Virus record (IMG/VR): IMGVR_UViG_3300045594_000116
Location: 1-64,000 of that record
Origin: a virus
Taxonomy: Duplodnaviria; Caudoviricetes
Direction: 5' to 3' (one strand)
Length of the DNA stretch: 64,000 bases
Shown here: in pieces, positions 39,401-49,481 of the stretch
Layout: each line of letters opens with the position of its first letter
Position numbering within the stretch: the first letter of the stretch is position 1
Notes under the pieces: generated by a model
What the model was told of the DNA's origin: nothing
The model's database searches: none
Seen by the model: only the letters and a program-made list of their open reading frames with translations
Translations under genes and position numbers: made by a program

Positions 39401-40519
39401 CTCCTGATGAAGAACGGTAGTATTATCTACAGATGTGATTGTCGTAGCAAGGTTGTATAGATAGTTACCCCATGCATCAGCCTTACGGTCTTTAAGAAGA
39501 TAGTATTTGAATACCTGAATATCTCCACAGCCAAACAGATCTATGAAGTTAAGCATTCCTTGCATGCATGATTTGTTACGTATAAGGTTATTTACCTGCT
39601 TAACCATTCTAGTCTGATACATTAATGGAATAGAATGATAATATGGAATACCATATTGCTGGAAAATAAACTCGATACATCTAGCATCAAGAATATCTCT
39701 TTTCAGAATATCATCCTGAACTTCTGATATCATATCTACCATTGTCATTAGCATTATCATGATTCCCATGAAGTTATCATAATAATCTGATTCCGTAGCA
39801 AAGGCCTCACTGTACATAGAATGAATCATGAACGCCCTATTCAAGGCATACTTAGAGTCGAACTTTTCATCGATTTCAACGATTCCGGTACTAGGCCTAT
39901 ATAATACCTGGTAGTCGAACGCTTTGCGTGCTTTATACGCTGTAATACCACATGTGCAGTATTGTAGATAAGAAGCATTCGGATAGTCAGCTTTAATTTG
40001 ATCAAGGATTCCATAGGAATCGAGCATCCGACATGCCTTATAACCTATATCATGGATATAGGTTCCATCAAATTCATTGCCATCTGGGATAAGATATTCA
40101 TAGTTCTTTATAGGAATACCATAATCTCCGATGTTAGGTAAACCCATAAGTTTTCTATAGTAGTTATTATTTTCGATATAGTTGTCGAGAAACTTTTTCT
40201 GCCCAATAGCAGTAAGTTTATCTCTATACTTATCAGGAATTTTGGAGTTATGCAAAGCATAATCTCTCAGATCTTCTTTCGGTACACCGGCATTTGATAA
40301 ATCAGTTTCGTCGTATTCATAGAGAGGGAATGAACCTCTACCTTCATACGAGATTATATATAGATCTCCTTCCTTAATGCTCTTAGTTGTTTCTGCTTGA
40401 TCTGCATCTCTACTAAGTTTAACGACAGAATTGTACGCCAAATACTTTGTAAAGTACAGCAAAGAATCGATAAAAGGATTCTCTGTATATATTTTCTGTA
40501 TCGATATACTAGATAGCAC
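36425..40519 (-). CDS. Large virion/baseplate protein (1364 aa) with seven ~85-aa internal repeats
   Basis: Repeats F..PF..Y...GN..F/V...DG; TACA-N6-TA at 40546-40557. Confidence 0.75.
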   Translation of the reverse strand: MLSSISIQKIYTENPFIDSLLYFTKYLAYNSVVKLSRDADQAETTKSIKEGDLYIISYEGRGSFPLYEYDETDLSNAGVPKEDLRDYALHNSKIPDKYRDKLTAIGQKKFLDNYIENNNYYRKLMGLPNIGDYGIPIKNYEYLIPDGNEFDGTYIHDIGYKACRMLDSYGILDQIKADYPNASYLQYCTCGITAYKARKAFDYQVLYRPSTGIVEIDEKFDSKYALNRAFMIHSMYSEAFATESDYYDNFMGIMIMLMTMVDMISEVQDDILKRDILDARCIEFIFQQYGIPYYHSIPLMYQTRMVKQVNNLIRNKSCMQGMLNFIDLFGCGDIQVFKYYLLKDRKADAWGNYLYNLATTITSVDNTTVLHQETKATITNDTVPFPFSWFLQKGNVLFIFLDGHKLVENIDYEIYNYDKIRFLNNSNAGHSEIEYEFYYDKTTMTTDFIPDKDNGVNMVYEDIVATSNSLEFHAPYSSYFIDGNQVIVVLDGHPLNPNFYTINDKTIDVIDNYVLKGRPITLIYIYGNKFVTYFKKVNSVAYVRGQTKFAIPEPFKNYTINGNQFFITIGNTMIDPRRYTINLDGTIDLSDIKMLAGRAVTFNFLYSKHSIYTPVNIMHSVQTIVATDYFQCEFDLQFPIAQYLKFGYRVYVELRGWFLSDEYYDVYTNKLQFRDIAIGLHPGEVMKIHYIYGPTEENIVVGHDYRVAQSKYQDTYDISYPTENYFLKGNQLFIDSNGYIMEEGKDYYLSSDKSKVTITNKDILPFKGQRVNLTFMYNAESENSVKIKEQYMTAESDGQSVFYLNFPFYPYLETGQGFLLFHKSRLVPYDRITINQYNVTVEGMTVKKGDVLVALFVFNNKYLIDQTKLLTVKELTVPLNFNLPNPDLDIEVPVPFDDYIENDWPLFADSNKQLIDESKFEYLNNTMLFIKPTDVKQYSSMTFTFIYKNYAPYINTESTEDFSKDADLKFVRIPLDSKHPLEYLKNQKGVRTYDSVTLSDKFWDGDDNVDNVHEALKAQILKRPFNYARTKYMTIDYVVDLTEMAFQIPYFYNMLYDDVFKENLLTFEIPTISPNKKFKLADLFVYMTALAHNFSGITDKIMDSPTQAMWVKGFNFRSDLGALKQYILDNRRLWTDYDVFGFMEEETQIPDMKEFVKIYKTNKSVWKTIVHGMREAPNYDIYSIWKKMYDSLMVWKYNLEFFKLADGTIAPTYTEFLKEEDNVLYTSIISITSIDDKESRENQIVTIISDIVYILEQYLDSKEFKYIYNQFPGVSAEYLLQYLFTMINFFKSYKVILHEMNVDFTIGNDPDTSTIRFNDTKDTIVSLSKLDYMKSREVTKSLVTLHKDDKVGFNDNASFRYTFT

Positions 40520-40612
40520 CTTTAATCCCCCTTTTCTTCGATTATTAATAATATGTAACCAGGGTTACTTTAGGCGACATATCAGTAATTAACCATATTG
40601 GAGGTAATTACA

Positions 40613-41332
40613 ATGAATGAAGTTCCTCAGATGAATCCGACAGACTATCCTGACCTGTTTGTCTACAATGATTCTAATCCGACTATGTCCTCTCCTAACG
40701 CTGGTTATGATATCAGTATGGCCCAGACTAGAGAAACTCTTGAAGATATAGAGTTCTATAAAAATTTCATAAAGAATGCCATTTCTCAGTTTAGACACTC
40801 TAAGCTGTATCGGCATTATAAAGCTCATCTCATGTCAGAGATTGGTATCAATTGCTGTCAGTATCACTCTAATATCAAATCAGGTGAGGAGGAAGAGATG
40901 GCAACGATTGAGATGCATCATCATATTCTTACGATATTTGATATCGCCTTTATCATTACAGAGCATGTGATCAACAGTGGTGGTTGTATTACTACATTCG
41001 ATCTTATCAAGATGCTGGGTATCGAACACACAGAGCATAGAGTAGCAACTGTCATGCTTTGCAAAACATGTCATCAGTTGCAGCACCATGACCCAAGTTT
41101 CTTCCTTCCAACTAATATGGTATTTGGAAATTGGGTTGAATTCCTTCAGAGATATCAGCGTGGTGTAAGTAGAGATATCTATTACAAGATTCTCCATACT
41201 TTGAAGAAAGAACTCACTATGTATGATCCGAGTGAAAAACGTGCACTTCAACTATTAAGTATAGCAAATACGTTAGAAGATTGGAGTGCTAAGAATGCAT
41301 ACTTTTTTGGAGAGAGTGGCATCAATATGTAA
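40613..41332 (+). CDS. HNH-like nuclease-fold protein, paralog of 51093-51824
   Basis: CCQY..IEMHHH..TIFDI..H...VMLCKTCHQLQH; GACA-N6-TA at 40576-40587. Confidence 0.7.
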   Translation: MNEVPQMNPTDYPDLFVYNDSNPTMSSPNAGYDISMAQTRETLEDIEFYKNFIKNAISQFRHSKLYRHYKAHLMSEIGINCCQYHSNIKSGEEEEMATIEMHHHILTIFDIAFIITEHVINSGGCITTFDLIKMLGIEHTEHRVATVMLCKTCHQLQHHDPSFFLPTNMVFGNWVEFLQRYQRGVSRDIYYKILHTLKKELTMYDPSEKRALQLLSIANTLEDWSAKNAYFFGESGINM

Positions 41333-41909
41333 TGCCACAAAACAATTCATGATTGATAAGTTTTTTACAGCGGTGATTAATAAGTACGTCTCGTTGATTG
41401 TGCTTTTTACTATTGGGATTTATCTTGACATTACCCGTATTGCATTATACAGTGCATTCATTTTCATCGCACTGATGATCAAGCAGTTTATCGATGCTAA
41501 GACAGTTGCTTACAGAGTAGAATATTTTGATAAAGAGTCCCCAACACTGTTGAAGAGCCTCATTGCTGATGCGATAAATCAATACTATATTTATCACTTT
41601 AGCAATATGACCGGAGCTATTCCTTATATCAATTCTAAGCAAGAGATAGAGATCAATCATGGAGTGATGGATATTCTTCTTACTAGACTTGAAGGATCGG
41701 CTATGCTTGATAAGTTCAACTTATACTATGGAAAGAATTTCATGGAAGTGCTTGTTGTTCAGGTTAACTTGATAGTGACTGAGTTTGTTGTTAATCTTAA
41801 TGGTATGGAGCCGGCTAGAAAGAAAAAGGCTAGAGTTGGAAATATGATGAATGAAGATAAGAACTTGGGAAGTTTCTTAGCTGATATGGGTTTTGAAAAG
41901 TTGAGATAA
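41286..41909 (+). CDS. Membrane protein (start probably 41316 or 41349)
   Basis: Two hydrophobic segments then a soluble domain. Confidence 0.65.
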   Translation: MLRMHTFLERVASICNATKQFMIDKFFTAVINKYVSLIVLFTIGIYLDITRIALYSAFIFIALMIKQFIDAKTVAYRVEYFDKESPTLLKSLIADAINQYYIYHFSNMTGAIPYINSKQEIEINHGVMDILLTRLEGSAMLDKFNLYYGKNFMEVLVVQVNLIVTEFVVNLNGMEPARKKKARVGNMMNEDKNLGSFLADMGFEKLR

Positions 41910-41921
41910 AAAAAAAATAAA

Positions 41922-41944
41922 AGGGATGGCGTAATGCCATCCCT
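41922..41944. terminator. Bidirectional terminator
   Basis: agggatggc-GTAAT-gccatccct between convergent genes. Confidence 0.75.
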
Positions 41945-41955
41945 GATATTTTGTC

Positions 41956-42744
41956 TCAAATCACCATATTGATGAATGTTGAATACAGTTGCTGCAATAG
42001 ACAATAATTGTATGATGTATCAATGAACTTTTTATACCTTTCGATATCCTCTGGCAACTGCTGAAGATAAGCTCTTCCGCCCTGCAAACGATAGAATGTT
42101 CTAAACAGAGATCTGTTGTTAAACTCCCTAAAGTTATTCGGATCGATTTGCCAGTTAAGATATAAACTAGATATATTTTGAATAATGTCAAGAGCATCTT
42201 TAGCTGAAACCATACTGCATGAGAATATTGTAGCCAGTATATCTGACATATATCCTTCATGTAATTTAAGTGTTTCATCGCCAATCCCTTTGACATCTAA
42301 AAGTTCATCATCAGAGCTTACCGCATAGTAAGCTTCTATTTTGTCAAGCAGTTTGCAGAACACATTATACGTATTCCTACAAGTAAAGTGTAAACAACCA
42401 AAGTCAGTATCTTTTGGAACTTTATTAAGAACGAATATCGCATCCTTTCTAACAGATACGATATCATTCTGTGTTATTCCATTAGCATCATAGAACAATT
42501 GTCGAGCTTCAGCAAATCCAGACAGCAAAGACTTGCTAAGTTCTGGATCTTGCTTCTGCATAAGTCCAACGGTTACCTGTCTCTCCATCCTAGGAGCTAC
42601 GTACAAATAATCATATTGCTCTTTTGAAATCAGATGCTTGTAATACAAGATAGATATGTTAGCTTTAGACATATCATACTCTCGTATATACCCCTTGATA
42701 TAAGGCAAGGGAGTGGTATATCTATCTGGATTAGACTGACCCAT
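41956..42744 (-). CDS. Small DNA polymerase palm-like protein (family B-like motifs)
   Basis: IREYDMSKAN (motif A-like), SVRKDAIFV (motif C-like), DVKGI. Confidence 0.55.
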   Translation of the reverse strand: MGQSNPDRYTTPLPYIKGYIREYDMSKANISILYYKHLISKEQYDYLYVAPRMERQVTVGLMQKQDPELSKSLLSGFAEARQLFYDANGITQNDIVSVRKDAIFVLNKVPKDTDFGCLHFTCRNTYNVFCKLLDKIEAYYAVSSDDELLDVKGIGDETLKLHEGYMSDILATIFSCSMVSAKDALDIIQNISSLYLNWQIDPNNFREFNNRSLFRTFYRLQGGRAYLQQLPEDIERYKKFIDTSYNYCLLQQLYSTFINMVI

Positions 42745-43246
42745 TGTTCATGTCCTCCACCATATCGAGACTTGATTTCAAAGCCTCAATATTAGCTGTT
42801 CTCTGCGTATACCATTCTTTATCTTGCATGAATGCTTGCAGTCCTGCAGGACTCATACAAGTATCTGTGCACTTACCGATGTCTTCAACGTCATATGCAA
42901 TAATCGCCTTGAGTCCATACCTAGAACGGATGAACTTGATAAGGCAATCTACAATAGAATCTATAACGTCGTATCTGAAATCCGTAAAAACTACCGCATT
43001 GCTAGAATAGTAATCTCCCATGATAATTTCCATGAAAGTTATGAACGCATTTTGATCATTCAAAATCCAACCAGTATAAAACTGCTCGAAAAGATTGCTA
43101 TCAAATGACGCTCTGTCCTTAATCTCTTTTGGTGGATATAGTAAATCTACTCTATCCCCAATCATTGCAGGACAGAGTAGATTAAACATATGCCATCCAC
43201 GATCCTTGACATATGGGATCATTGATATATCTGTAAAGACTATCAT
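42731..43246 (-). CDS. Hypothetical protein (171 aa), distant paralog of next gene
   Basis: IVFTD..LLYPP..Y..W/YL..F...YG pattern; overlaps both neighbours. Confidence 0.75.
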   Translation of the reverse strand: MIVFTDISMIPYVKDRGWHMFNLLCPAMIGDRVDLLYPPKEIKDRASFDSNLFEQFYTGWILNDQNAFITFMEIIMGDYYSSNAVVFTDFRYDVIDSIVDCLIKFIRSRYGLKAIIAYDVEDIGKCTDTCMSPAGLQAFMQDKEWYTQRTANIEALKSSLDMVEDMNNGSV

Positions 43247-43953
43247 TTTATATCAGCTGCCTTCACATCATCCATCAGAAACATCGGGTTTTGCTTTCCG
43301 GCATTCGCCTGAGCTTGTCCCATTGTCTCTGTTTGTAGACGATTCTTTGAATTCGCAATATAAGTCATACAGAACTTAACGCATTCATCCATCCCACCAG
43401 GGAAGTTATAACACATAGCCTTCATCATCTTATCGATAACTACAGGAGCTGGTGGAACCCATGCCGGCATCATCATACAATACTGGCTGAATGGGATGTA
43501 ATCAAATGAGTATAACAGATTAGCGATACAAGCCATATGCTGAGGATCGCCAATCATAGTTGCTGGAACTGCCATGGAGCCAATATTGATACCGAATTGC
43601 TCTGCAAAATACTGAGCAAAGATCTGAATGAAGTTAAATGCCATAGATTCATCTATAGGCAGGTAAATCATTACATTGATTCCAGCCATCAGTGCCAATA
43701 ATACCACGCCGATAGATTCCATTGGATCTTTTGTATTCAGATACTGCCGATAGATAGCTTCTGCAGTAACTTTATCTCCGTCGATCTCCGAAGTAATAGC
43801 TGCCGTTGGAGGCAGCAGATTACTCAATGGAACAATGTCGGAGAACTGTCTATATGGTGTTGGGTCATCAACCAATGCGATGACCTTGTAGTGATTAGCC
43901 ATGGCCCACTGAACATCTTCCATAGAATCACTGAAAATGATGTTTCCCCACAT
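43243..43953 (-). CDS. Hypothetical protein (236 aa)
   Basis: IIFSD..LLPP..IYRQYL..F...FG; AAGGAG RBS. Confidence 0.8.
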   Translation of the reverse strand: MWGNIIFSDSMEDVQWAMANHYKVIALVDDPTPYRQFSDIVPLSNLLPPTAAITSEIDGDKVTAEAIYRQYLNTKDPMESIGVVLLALMAGINVMIYLPIDESMAFNFIQIFAQYFAEQFGINIGSMAVPATMIGDPQHMACIANLLYSFDYIPFSQYCMMMPAWVPPAPVVIDKMMKAMCYNFPGGMDECVKFCMTYIANSKNRLQTETMGQAQANAGKQNPMFLMDDVKAADIK

Positions 43954-43969
43954 TGTGGTTCACTCTCCT

Positions 43970-45580
43970 TTAATAAAGGTCTTTGGCTGTAACCGCATGA
44001 ACCTCAAAGTCATCCTCTTTAGTTGGCGGTGCAGCTTCTTCCTCTTCTTCAGTAGTTTCGTTTTCAACCTCTTCAGGATTATGATTATAACCCATACCGG
44101 TCTCAACGAAATCGTCGACTACCTGTTTAACTACCTTCTCATTGATATTCGGATATTCGATGAGAGTAGCCGTGATCAGATAATCCAACATACGATTCTT
44201 CTGATCATCGTTTGCTTTCTTTTCGGCTTCTTCATCTGTAAGACCTTCAGTATCCTTAGTAAGGAACTCATAAGCCTTATCATTGATGAATTCGCGAATC
44301 ATTACACGAGCAGCCGCTCCGACCTTACCTTCAGCGATAAGTTCGTCTGTTTCAGCAGCAACCTCTCTTTGCTCTTTAAGAGTATCCTCAGCGAAGCTCT
44401 TTACAACGTCGTTCATCTCTTCTTTGGTGAACACACGCTCATGCTCAGTGTTATACTCTTCCTTATGGCATCCACACTGCTCGCATTCACATGCTTCATT
44501 CTTTGGAGCTGCGGATTCCCCTTCGACAATAAGAAGTTCTTCTTTCTTCTTTGGGACTTCAGCCGTAACTGTTTTTGCCGGCTTATGTTCGAACTGCTGT
44601 TTTTCATTTCGATTGTTCTTGTTACGCTTATTCTTGCGCTGACGATATACGATAGAGATTCCATCTCCATAGCTCGGACGAATCTTGATGACATCATCAC
44701 CCATAATATCGTTCTCCGGAGCTTCAGGACTCCACCCATACGTAGTACCATCGGCTCTTGTAATACCTACTTTTCCTGCCATTTTTATATTCCTTCTTTC
44801 TGAATTATACTTGTCTGACAGCGACATAGCTCCATTGTCTTTGCCCAATGATCTTGCGCTATATCTCTTATGACAACACTCACATACTAAGGTGTTATAA
44901 CCGTCATCATAATCTATCAGACCACCACAAACTGTTCCATTAGGTAGCACATTAGTGCATACCAATTTATTTCCATCTACCTCATAGAGATATGGAAAGT
45001 CTAATAATACTGGTCCAAAATTTTCTCTTAATCCCCAATTCTTGAAGAAGTCTGTTCCGATATCCTCAAGCACATACTTTCCAAGTATCTTTCGATTAAG
45101 AAGATCGAAGATATCTCCAGCCACATTAGAAAATTCATGTCTTGAGAGAATTGGCTCAACCCTCTCGAACATTCCAACGGTTCCGCATGGAGTTACATCG
45201 AATACCTTTGGGAAAAATGGTTTCAAGAACTGCTGATTAAAATACTCAGCAGGAGAGTCCCTGATCCCAACATCGTCTATAGCTATCTTAAACAGAAAGG
45301 ACTGATCAAAGTCACAACGATATATGACTCGATTAGTCCCTGCTGTCATTCTTATGAATCCTTTCGGATTCAAGATATTATCCATCATCTTAAACTTTTT
45401 CTTCTTACTTGTACCACCAAGTCTAGGAGATGTAGCTATATACCTAAGATCATCAATATCTTTCTGAGAAAGATATGCTGCGATTGGCGGATGGATTAAA
45501 CCATCCCAATCGAAGTTTTCAATCTTTTTATGCTTACCATAGATGGCAGCCAGAGAGGCTGCTCTCATTTGAATAGCCAT
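43970..45580 (-). CDS. Protein kinase-fold protein with Zn ribbon and acidic C-terminal half
   Basis: AGTNRVIY (Gly loop), FKIA, E, DIG....N (catalytic loop), LLDF; then C..CGG..CECC. Confidence 0.7.
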   Translation of the reverse strand: MAIQMRAASLAAIYGKHKKIENFDWDGLIHPPIAAYLSQKDIDDLRYIATSPRLGGTSKKKKFKMMDNILNPKGFIRMTAGTNRVIYRCDFDQSFLFKIAIDDVGIRDSPAEYFNQQFLKPFFPKVFDVTPCGTVGMFERVEPILSRHEFSNVAGDIFDLLNRKILGKYVLEDIGTDFFKNWGLRENFGPVLLDFPYLYEVDGNKLVCTNVLPNGTVCGGLIDYDDGYNTLVCECCHKRYSARSLGKDNGAMSLSDKYNSERRNIKMAGKVGITRADGTTYGWSPEAPENDIMGDDVIKIRPSYGDGISIVYRQRKNKRNKNNRNEKQQFEHKPAKTVTAEVPKKKEELLIVEGESAAPKNEACECEQCGCHKEEYNTEHERVFTKEEMNDVVKSFAEDTLKEQREVAAETDELIAEGKVGAAARVMIREFINDKAYEFLTKDTEGLTDEEAEKKANDDQKNRMLDYLITATLIEYPNINEKVVKQVVDDFVETGMGYNHNPEEVENETTEEEEEAAPPTKEDDFEVHAVTAKDLY

Positions 45581-45592
45581 GTGTCTGCCTCC

Positions 45593-48500
45593 TTAAGCGA
45601 TAGTTCCTCTTGGCGTACTATGGAAGATGGCATCGATGAACTTCTGCCTCTTGTCATTATACTCCTTAGAGTCAGTGAACTTATACTCTTCTCCACGCAT
45701 AGCAGCATCTTGCATTGCGCTCTTAGTCACAAGATCCATATATCCTTTCGGATCATAGAGATTCTTCATACTTCTTATCTGCTCTTCGATACGCTCATCG
45801 GCGCAACGTGCATGTAAGAATGACCAAGCATCCAAGAACTCTGCAGTAGTCATATCATCTCTCATATAGCCCTGATCGAATTCTCTCCAGTTTTTCATGG
45901 TTTCAGATCTAACCTGATACATGATTTGTTCTTTGGTAGGCTGCATAGCGATAGCTCTATTGAGGAAGTCGCTAACCAATCCACTCATATGAGCTTTGTA
46001 GGCTCTCCACTTCTCGATACGCTGCTTCTTAGTGGTAGTCCTAGGTCCATACCACCACTCATCAAACACCTTGTCGAAATCTTGTGGTTTACCATCCCAA
46101 CAGCCGCGTTTCAGCTTCTTCCAAATCATATACTGATTATGTGCATCGATCTGAATCGGTGGGAGTTCATCAAGCTTATTCTTGATAGCCTGATGTCCCT
46201 GATCATCACCATAAGAGATAACCTGAATGTTTCTTAAAGCCTGAAGACGACGCATGATATTCATTACGCTATTCTCATCGCCTTCCATCCCTGCGGATTT
46301 CTTGGCTTCGCTATTAATGATATCAGCCTGACGCTGGTAAGATCTGATAATCTGTTTTTCCTTACCTGCGACACTGCTTTCTTCTGCCTTCTTTTCAAGC
46401 TCATTTGCCATGCGCTTTAATTCATCCATCTTATACTCATGGATAGGTTCATCGATAGTGACATTGTCATTTATAGACATGAATACGTTCTTTGTTGGAG
46501 CTGCTGGATCTTGATTACGATAACGAGTAAGCTGATCAACAGCTTCTCTTCTTACTTCCAGATACTCCTGCAAAGGTTTATTCTTTCTAAACCAAAGAAG
46601 ATTATCGGCCATAGTCTGATTATATCTAGCTAATGCATCAGCCAGTTTATACTCGACATCGTCTTCTTTCTTCATCTGATTCAGTACGCTTGCTTCTTTA
46701 TAGTTAAGAGCCGGCTCCTCTACAGCTTCTTCTGTCTCTCCCGGCGCTCTCCTAACAATAGTAATTCCAGTACCGTCAGTTTCTGGATTGTAGAAGCGAA
46801 TCTTGTTCTTACTTCTATATTTTCTACGAAGTTCTTCTACTTCTTTGAATTCTTTTTCTAATGGATTCTTTCCATCTCTGCTGACGGAAACCAATCCAGA
46901 ATACCCGGCTTCGAGTTCTTCTTCTGTCGGTCTCATCCATGCCTTACCCATTCCTGGATAATACATCTGTGGGAAGAACAAATTATCCACATCATCTGGA
47001 ATATGTCCTATTCCTACCGTTGGATCTATGTTCTGCTGATACCCCATCCCCATCATAAATGGAGACTGTTGAATAGGGGTAGCTCCCATAGCTTTCTCTC
47101 TGGCAATCTGCAACGGCGTCTTATACGCTGCTGATCCGTTACCAGCTAAGGTCTCTGCGGTTTGTTTGAATCCCGTCTGCTTAAGTGCATCTACAGATTC
47201 TTTCGACATGGGCTCTAAACCCATGCTTTTAGCCATCTTTGCTTTCTCTTCTGCAAAGCCTGGCTGTGATTCATGAATACCCTCTGGATGTGCATCAGTA
47301 TAGATCGTCATATTCTGAGGCGTGTAAGCTCCCGGAGTACAGCGTCTCTGCATCTCGGCTCTTACCTTTTCTCTATACTCTTTGATGCTAGCTCTTCCCT
47401 CCGGAGTTGTAGGATCTGCTGGACTTTGATCCAAACCTGCATCTACCGGAATTCCTCCTCTGAGTACATTACCAAAGCTGCTAAGCTTAAGCTCTGAACT
47501 TCCATCTGCTTCATGTTTAGTGCACATTCTGTCGATGTTTATAGCCTGCTGACTTACTGGTGGCTTATCTCCACCAATCTTCTTTACCTTCAGACCCATC
47601 GCAGCTAACTGACTCTTTACCGAGTTTGCTTGTGCCTGCTGCTGAGGACTAAACATGCTGGGAGTTGGTATAGCCATCCCAGGTGGCATTGTTGGGCTCG
47701 CCATAAAACCCATATTCATTGGCATTGCAAATCCAGAATTACCACCAGTGAATCCATTAGAGAAACTCATAGGAGTTTGCATCTGTTGCTGCTGAACTAC
47801 TGGTCTTGGTGCATTCGGATGCTGGGTCTGATCTGCCATTCTGAGAGATACTTCCAACGGAGGAATAACTCCCTTGGCATTCTCATCATAAACAAATGAT
47901 TCTTTCTTCTCCTCTTCTTCAGTCATGATAAGAGAAGACGGATCAACGGACAACTCACTCGGAGTTGCCCCACTATTAGTGTCTACCATGCCATCCATAA
48001 AGCTATTCTGCTTTACCGGCTCTGATGGCTGCTGTTTTTCGTTTGCATGTACGTTAGTAAATCCTGCTAACCCTACCTGCATCGGCTGATTGTTCGGCTG
48101 TCCAAACCATCTCATTGGATTGAACATTTGCAATTCCTGTTGTGCCATTATGTCTCCCATCTGGGCACGGTTGTACAGAAATACGTAGTAGCCATAGCAT
48201 ACTTGATAATCCTGTGCAAACTGATTGCCCATTTGAATTTGGCCTGGATTCATCATAGGTTGCTGCTGCTGCATCTGAGGATTAGTAATCTGCTCGATAT
48301 CCTCGATGCCTCCCTCGACTAATGAATCATATCCGATATCCATTCCTTCAACGATAGAGTCACTGAAAGACTTTTGTTCTTCTGGAACGGACACTGGTTG
48401 TTCTACTTTCTCTTCAGGCGTATTGAAATAGTTGATAGGCCTGGATTTTTTTATTTCGTCCTCCATACCTTTCATATACCTTCTCTGCCCGTCAAGACCT

Positions 48501-48991
48501 TTATACGGATCTTTCTTTCCTTTCTGTGCTTTAAGTTGTTCGGCTAGGCCCTCCATCGTTAACGGCTTCTGCTCAATTGGCGGAAGACCTATAGAGGCCC
48601 TATATTCAGGGTCGAACTTTCTCTTGGCATTTACTACATGCATCATATTGATGACACTCTGCAAGCTCTCATCACTTACCAGCTCATCATCAAATACTAA
48701 TGTATGATGGTCAAAGTCAAGATGCATATACGCATACGGATAGCGATAGCATGCTTCTTGGAGATCACCACCACAAGCCATTACGATCTCGTTGAACTTA
48801 TTAATCTCTTCCTTGGTAAGGTACCGGCTAAACACCTGATACCCGAAATGAACGTGATTATTTTCGAGATCAGAGAGCAACTTACGCTGCTCATCATCAC
48901 TCATATTCTCGAGCTCGAATTCTGCTTTTTCTTTATACCCTTCGTTATAATATCCACCGAAGTGGAGAATCTCGTTTACTAACTTTTCCAT
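45593..48991 (-). CDS. Large protein (~1130 aa) with Q/M/P/G-rich low-complexity central region
   Basis: Start MEKLV after GGAGG; QMQQQQPMMNPGQ- and MPMNMGFM-like tracts. Confidence 0.85.
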   Translation of the reverse strand: MEKLVNEILHFGGYYNEGYKEKAEFELENMSDDEQRKLLSDLENNHVHFGYQVFSRYLTKEEINKFNEIVMACGGDLQEACYRYPYAYMHLDFDHHTLVFDDELVSDESLQSVINMMHVVNAKRKFDPEYRASIGLPPIEQKPLTMEGLAEQLKAQKGKKDPYKGLDGQRRYMKGMEDEIKKSRPINYFNTPEEKVEQPVSVPEEQKSFSDSIVEGMDIGYDSLVEGGIEDIEQITNPQMQQQQPMMNPGQIQMGNQFAQDYQVCYGYYVFLYNRAQMGDIMAQQELQMFNPMRWFGQPNNQPMQVGLAGFTNVHANEKQQPSEPVKQNSFMDGMVDTNSGATPSELSVDPSSLIMTEEEEKKESFVYDENAKGVIPPLEVSLRMADQTQHPNAPRPVVQQQQMQTPMSFSNGFTGGNSGFAMPMNMGFMASPTMPPGMAIPTPSMFSPQQQAQANSVKSQLAAMGLKVKKIGGDKPPVSQQAINIDRMCTKHEADGSSELKLSSFGNVLRGGIPVDAGLDQSPADPTTPEGRASIKEYREKVRAEMQRRCTPGAYTPQNMTIYTDAHPEGIHESQPGFAEEKAKMAKSMGLEPMSKESVDALKQTGFKQTAETLAGNGSAAYKTPLQIAREKAMGATPIQQSPFMMGMGYQQNIDPTVGIGHIPDDVDNLFFPQMYYPGMGKAWMRPTEEELEAGYSGLVSVSRDGKNPLEKEFKEVEELRRKYRSKNKIRFYNPETDGTGITIVRRAPGETEEAVEEPALNYKEASVLNQMKKEDDVEYKLADALARYNQTMADNLLWFRKNKPLQEYLEVRREAVDQLTRYRNQDPAAPTKNVFMSINDNVTIDEPIHEYKMDELKRMANELEKKAEESSVAGKEKQIIRSYQRQADIINSEAKKSAGMEGDENSVMNIMRRLQALRNIQVISYGDDQGHQAIKNKLDELPPIQIDAHNQYMIWKKLKRGCWDGKPQDFDKVFDEWWYGPRTTTKKQRIEKWRAYKAHMSGLVSDFLNRAIAMQPTKEQIMYQVRSETMKNWREFDQGYMRDDMTTAEFLDAWSFLHARCADERIEEQIRSMKNLYDPKGYMDLVTKSAMQDAAMRGEEYKFTDSKEYNDKRQKFIDAIFHSTPRGTIA

Positions 48992-49022
48992 TTTATATAC
49001 CTCCATCTAGAAGGCGGTTTGT

Positions 49023-49466
49023 TCAATCTGACGATCGCCCCGATTCTATGATATCTCTAATAGAGTTGAACATGTTCTCGGAAACTTGATTGATGTCAGC
49101 TGAGCAATCCCGCTCGTTTTTGTAGTTACGGACGATATCTCCAATATTGCTTCTAAGCATTTGGAGTACGCCCTCTTTGCTGCGATCATCTGCACATCTA
49201 TAATATATAGATGCATATCTGATACACGTTTCGACGATAAGTCCGAGATCCAGTCCACCTCCATTCTCTGCCGTTATGGTGCACTTACTAAACGAATGGC
49301 GAAGCAATGAATATATCGCATCTCTCAGCATATTATATCCATCCTCGCCAAACTTCGGAACCTCGGGAGATAACTTCTTGAACGTTTCGTATGTCGGTGT
49401 AGCGATCACATCGCTATTGTACCGATTCCCTCTTACGACTGTTACAAATCCGTTATTTTCTCTCAT
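49023..49466 (-). CDS. Hypothetical protein (147 aa)
   Basis: AAGGAG RBS. Confidence 0.75.
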   Translation of the reverse strand: MRENNGFVTVVRGNRYNSDVIATPTYETFKKLSPEVPKFGEDGYNMLRDAIYSLLRHSFSKCTITAENGGGLDLGLIVETCIRYASIYYRCADDRSKEGVLQMLRSNIGDIVRNYKNERDCSADINQVSENMFNSIRDIIESGRSSD

Positions 49467-49481
49467 GCTATCGTCTCCTTA

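Noticed and set aside
43937-44803. 288-aa plus-strand ORF
   Set aside because: Shadow of the acidic half of the kinase gene
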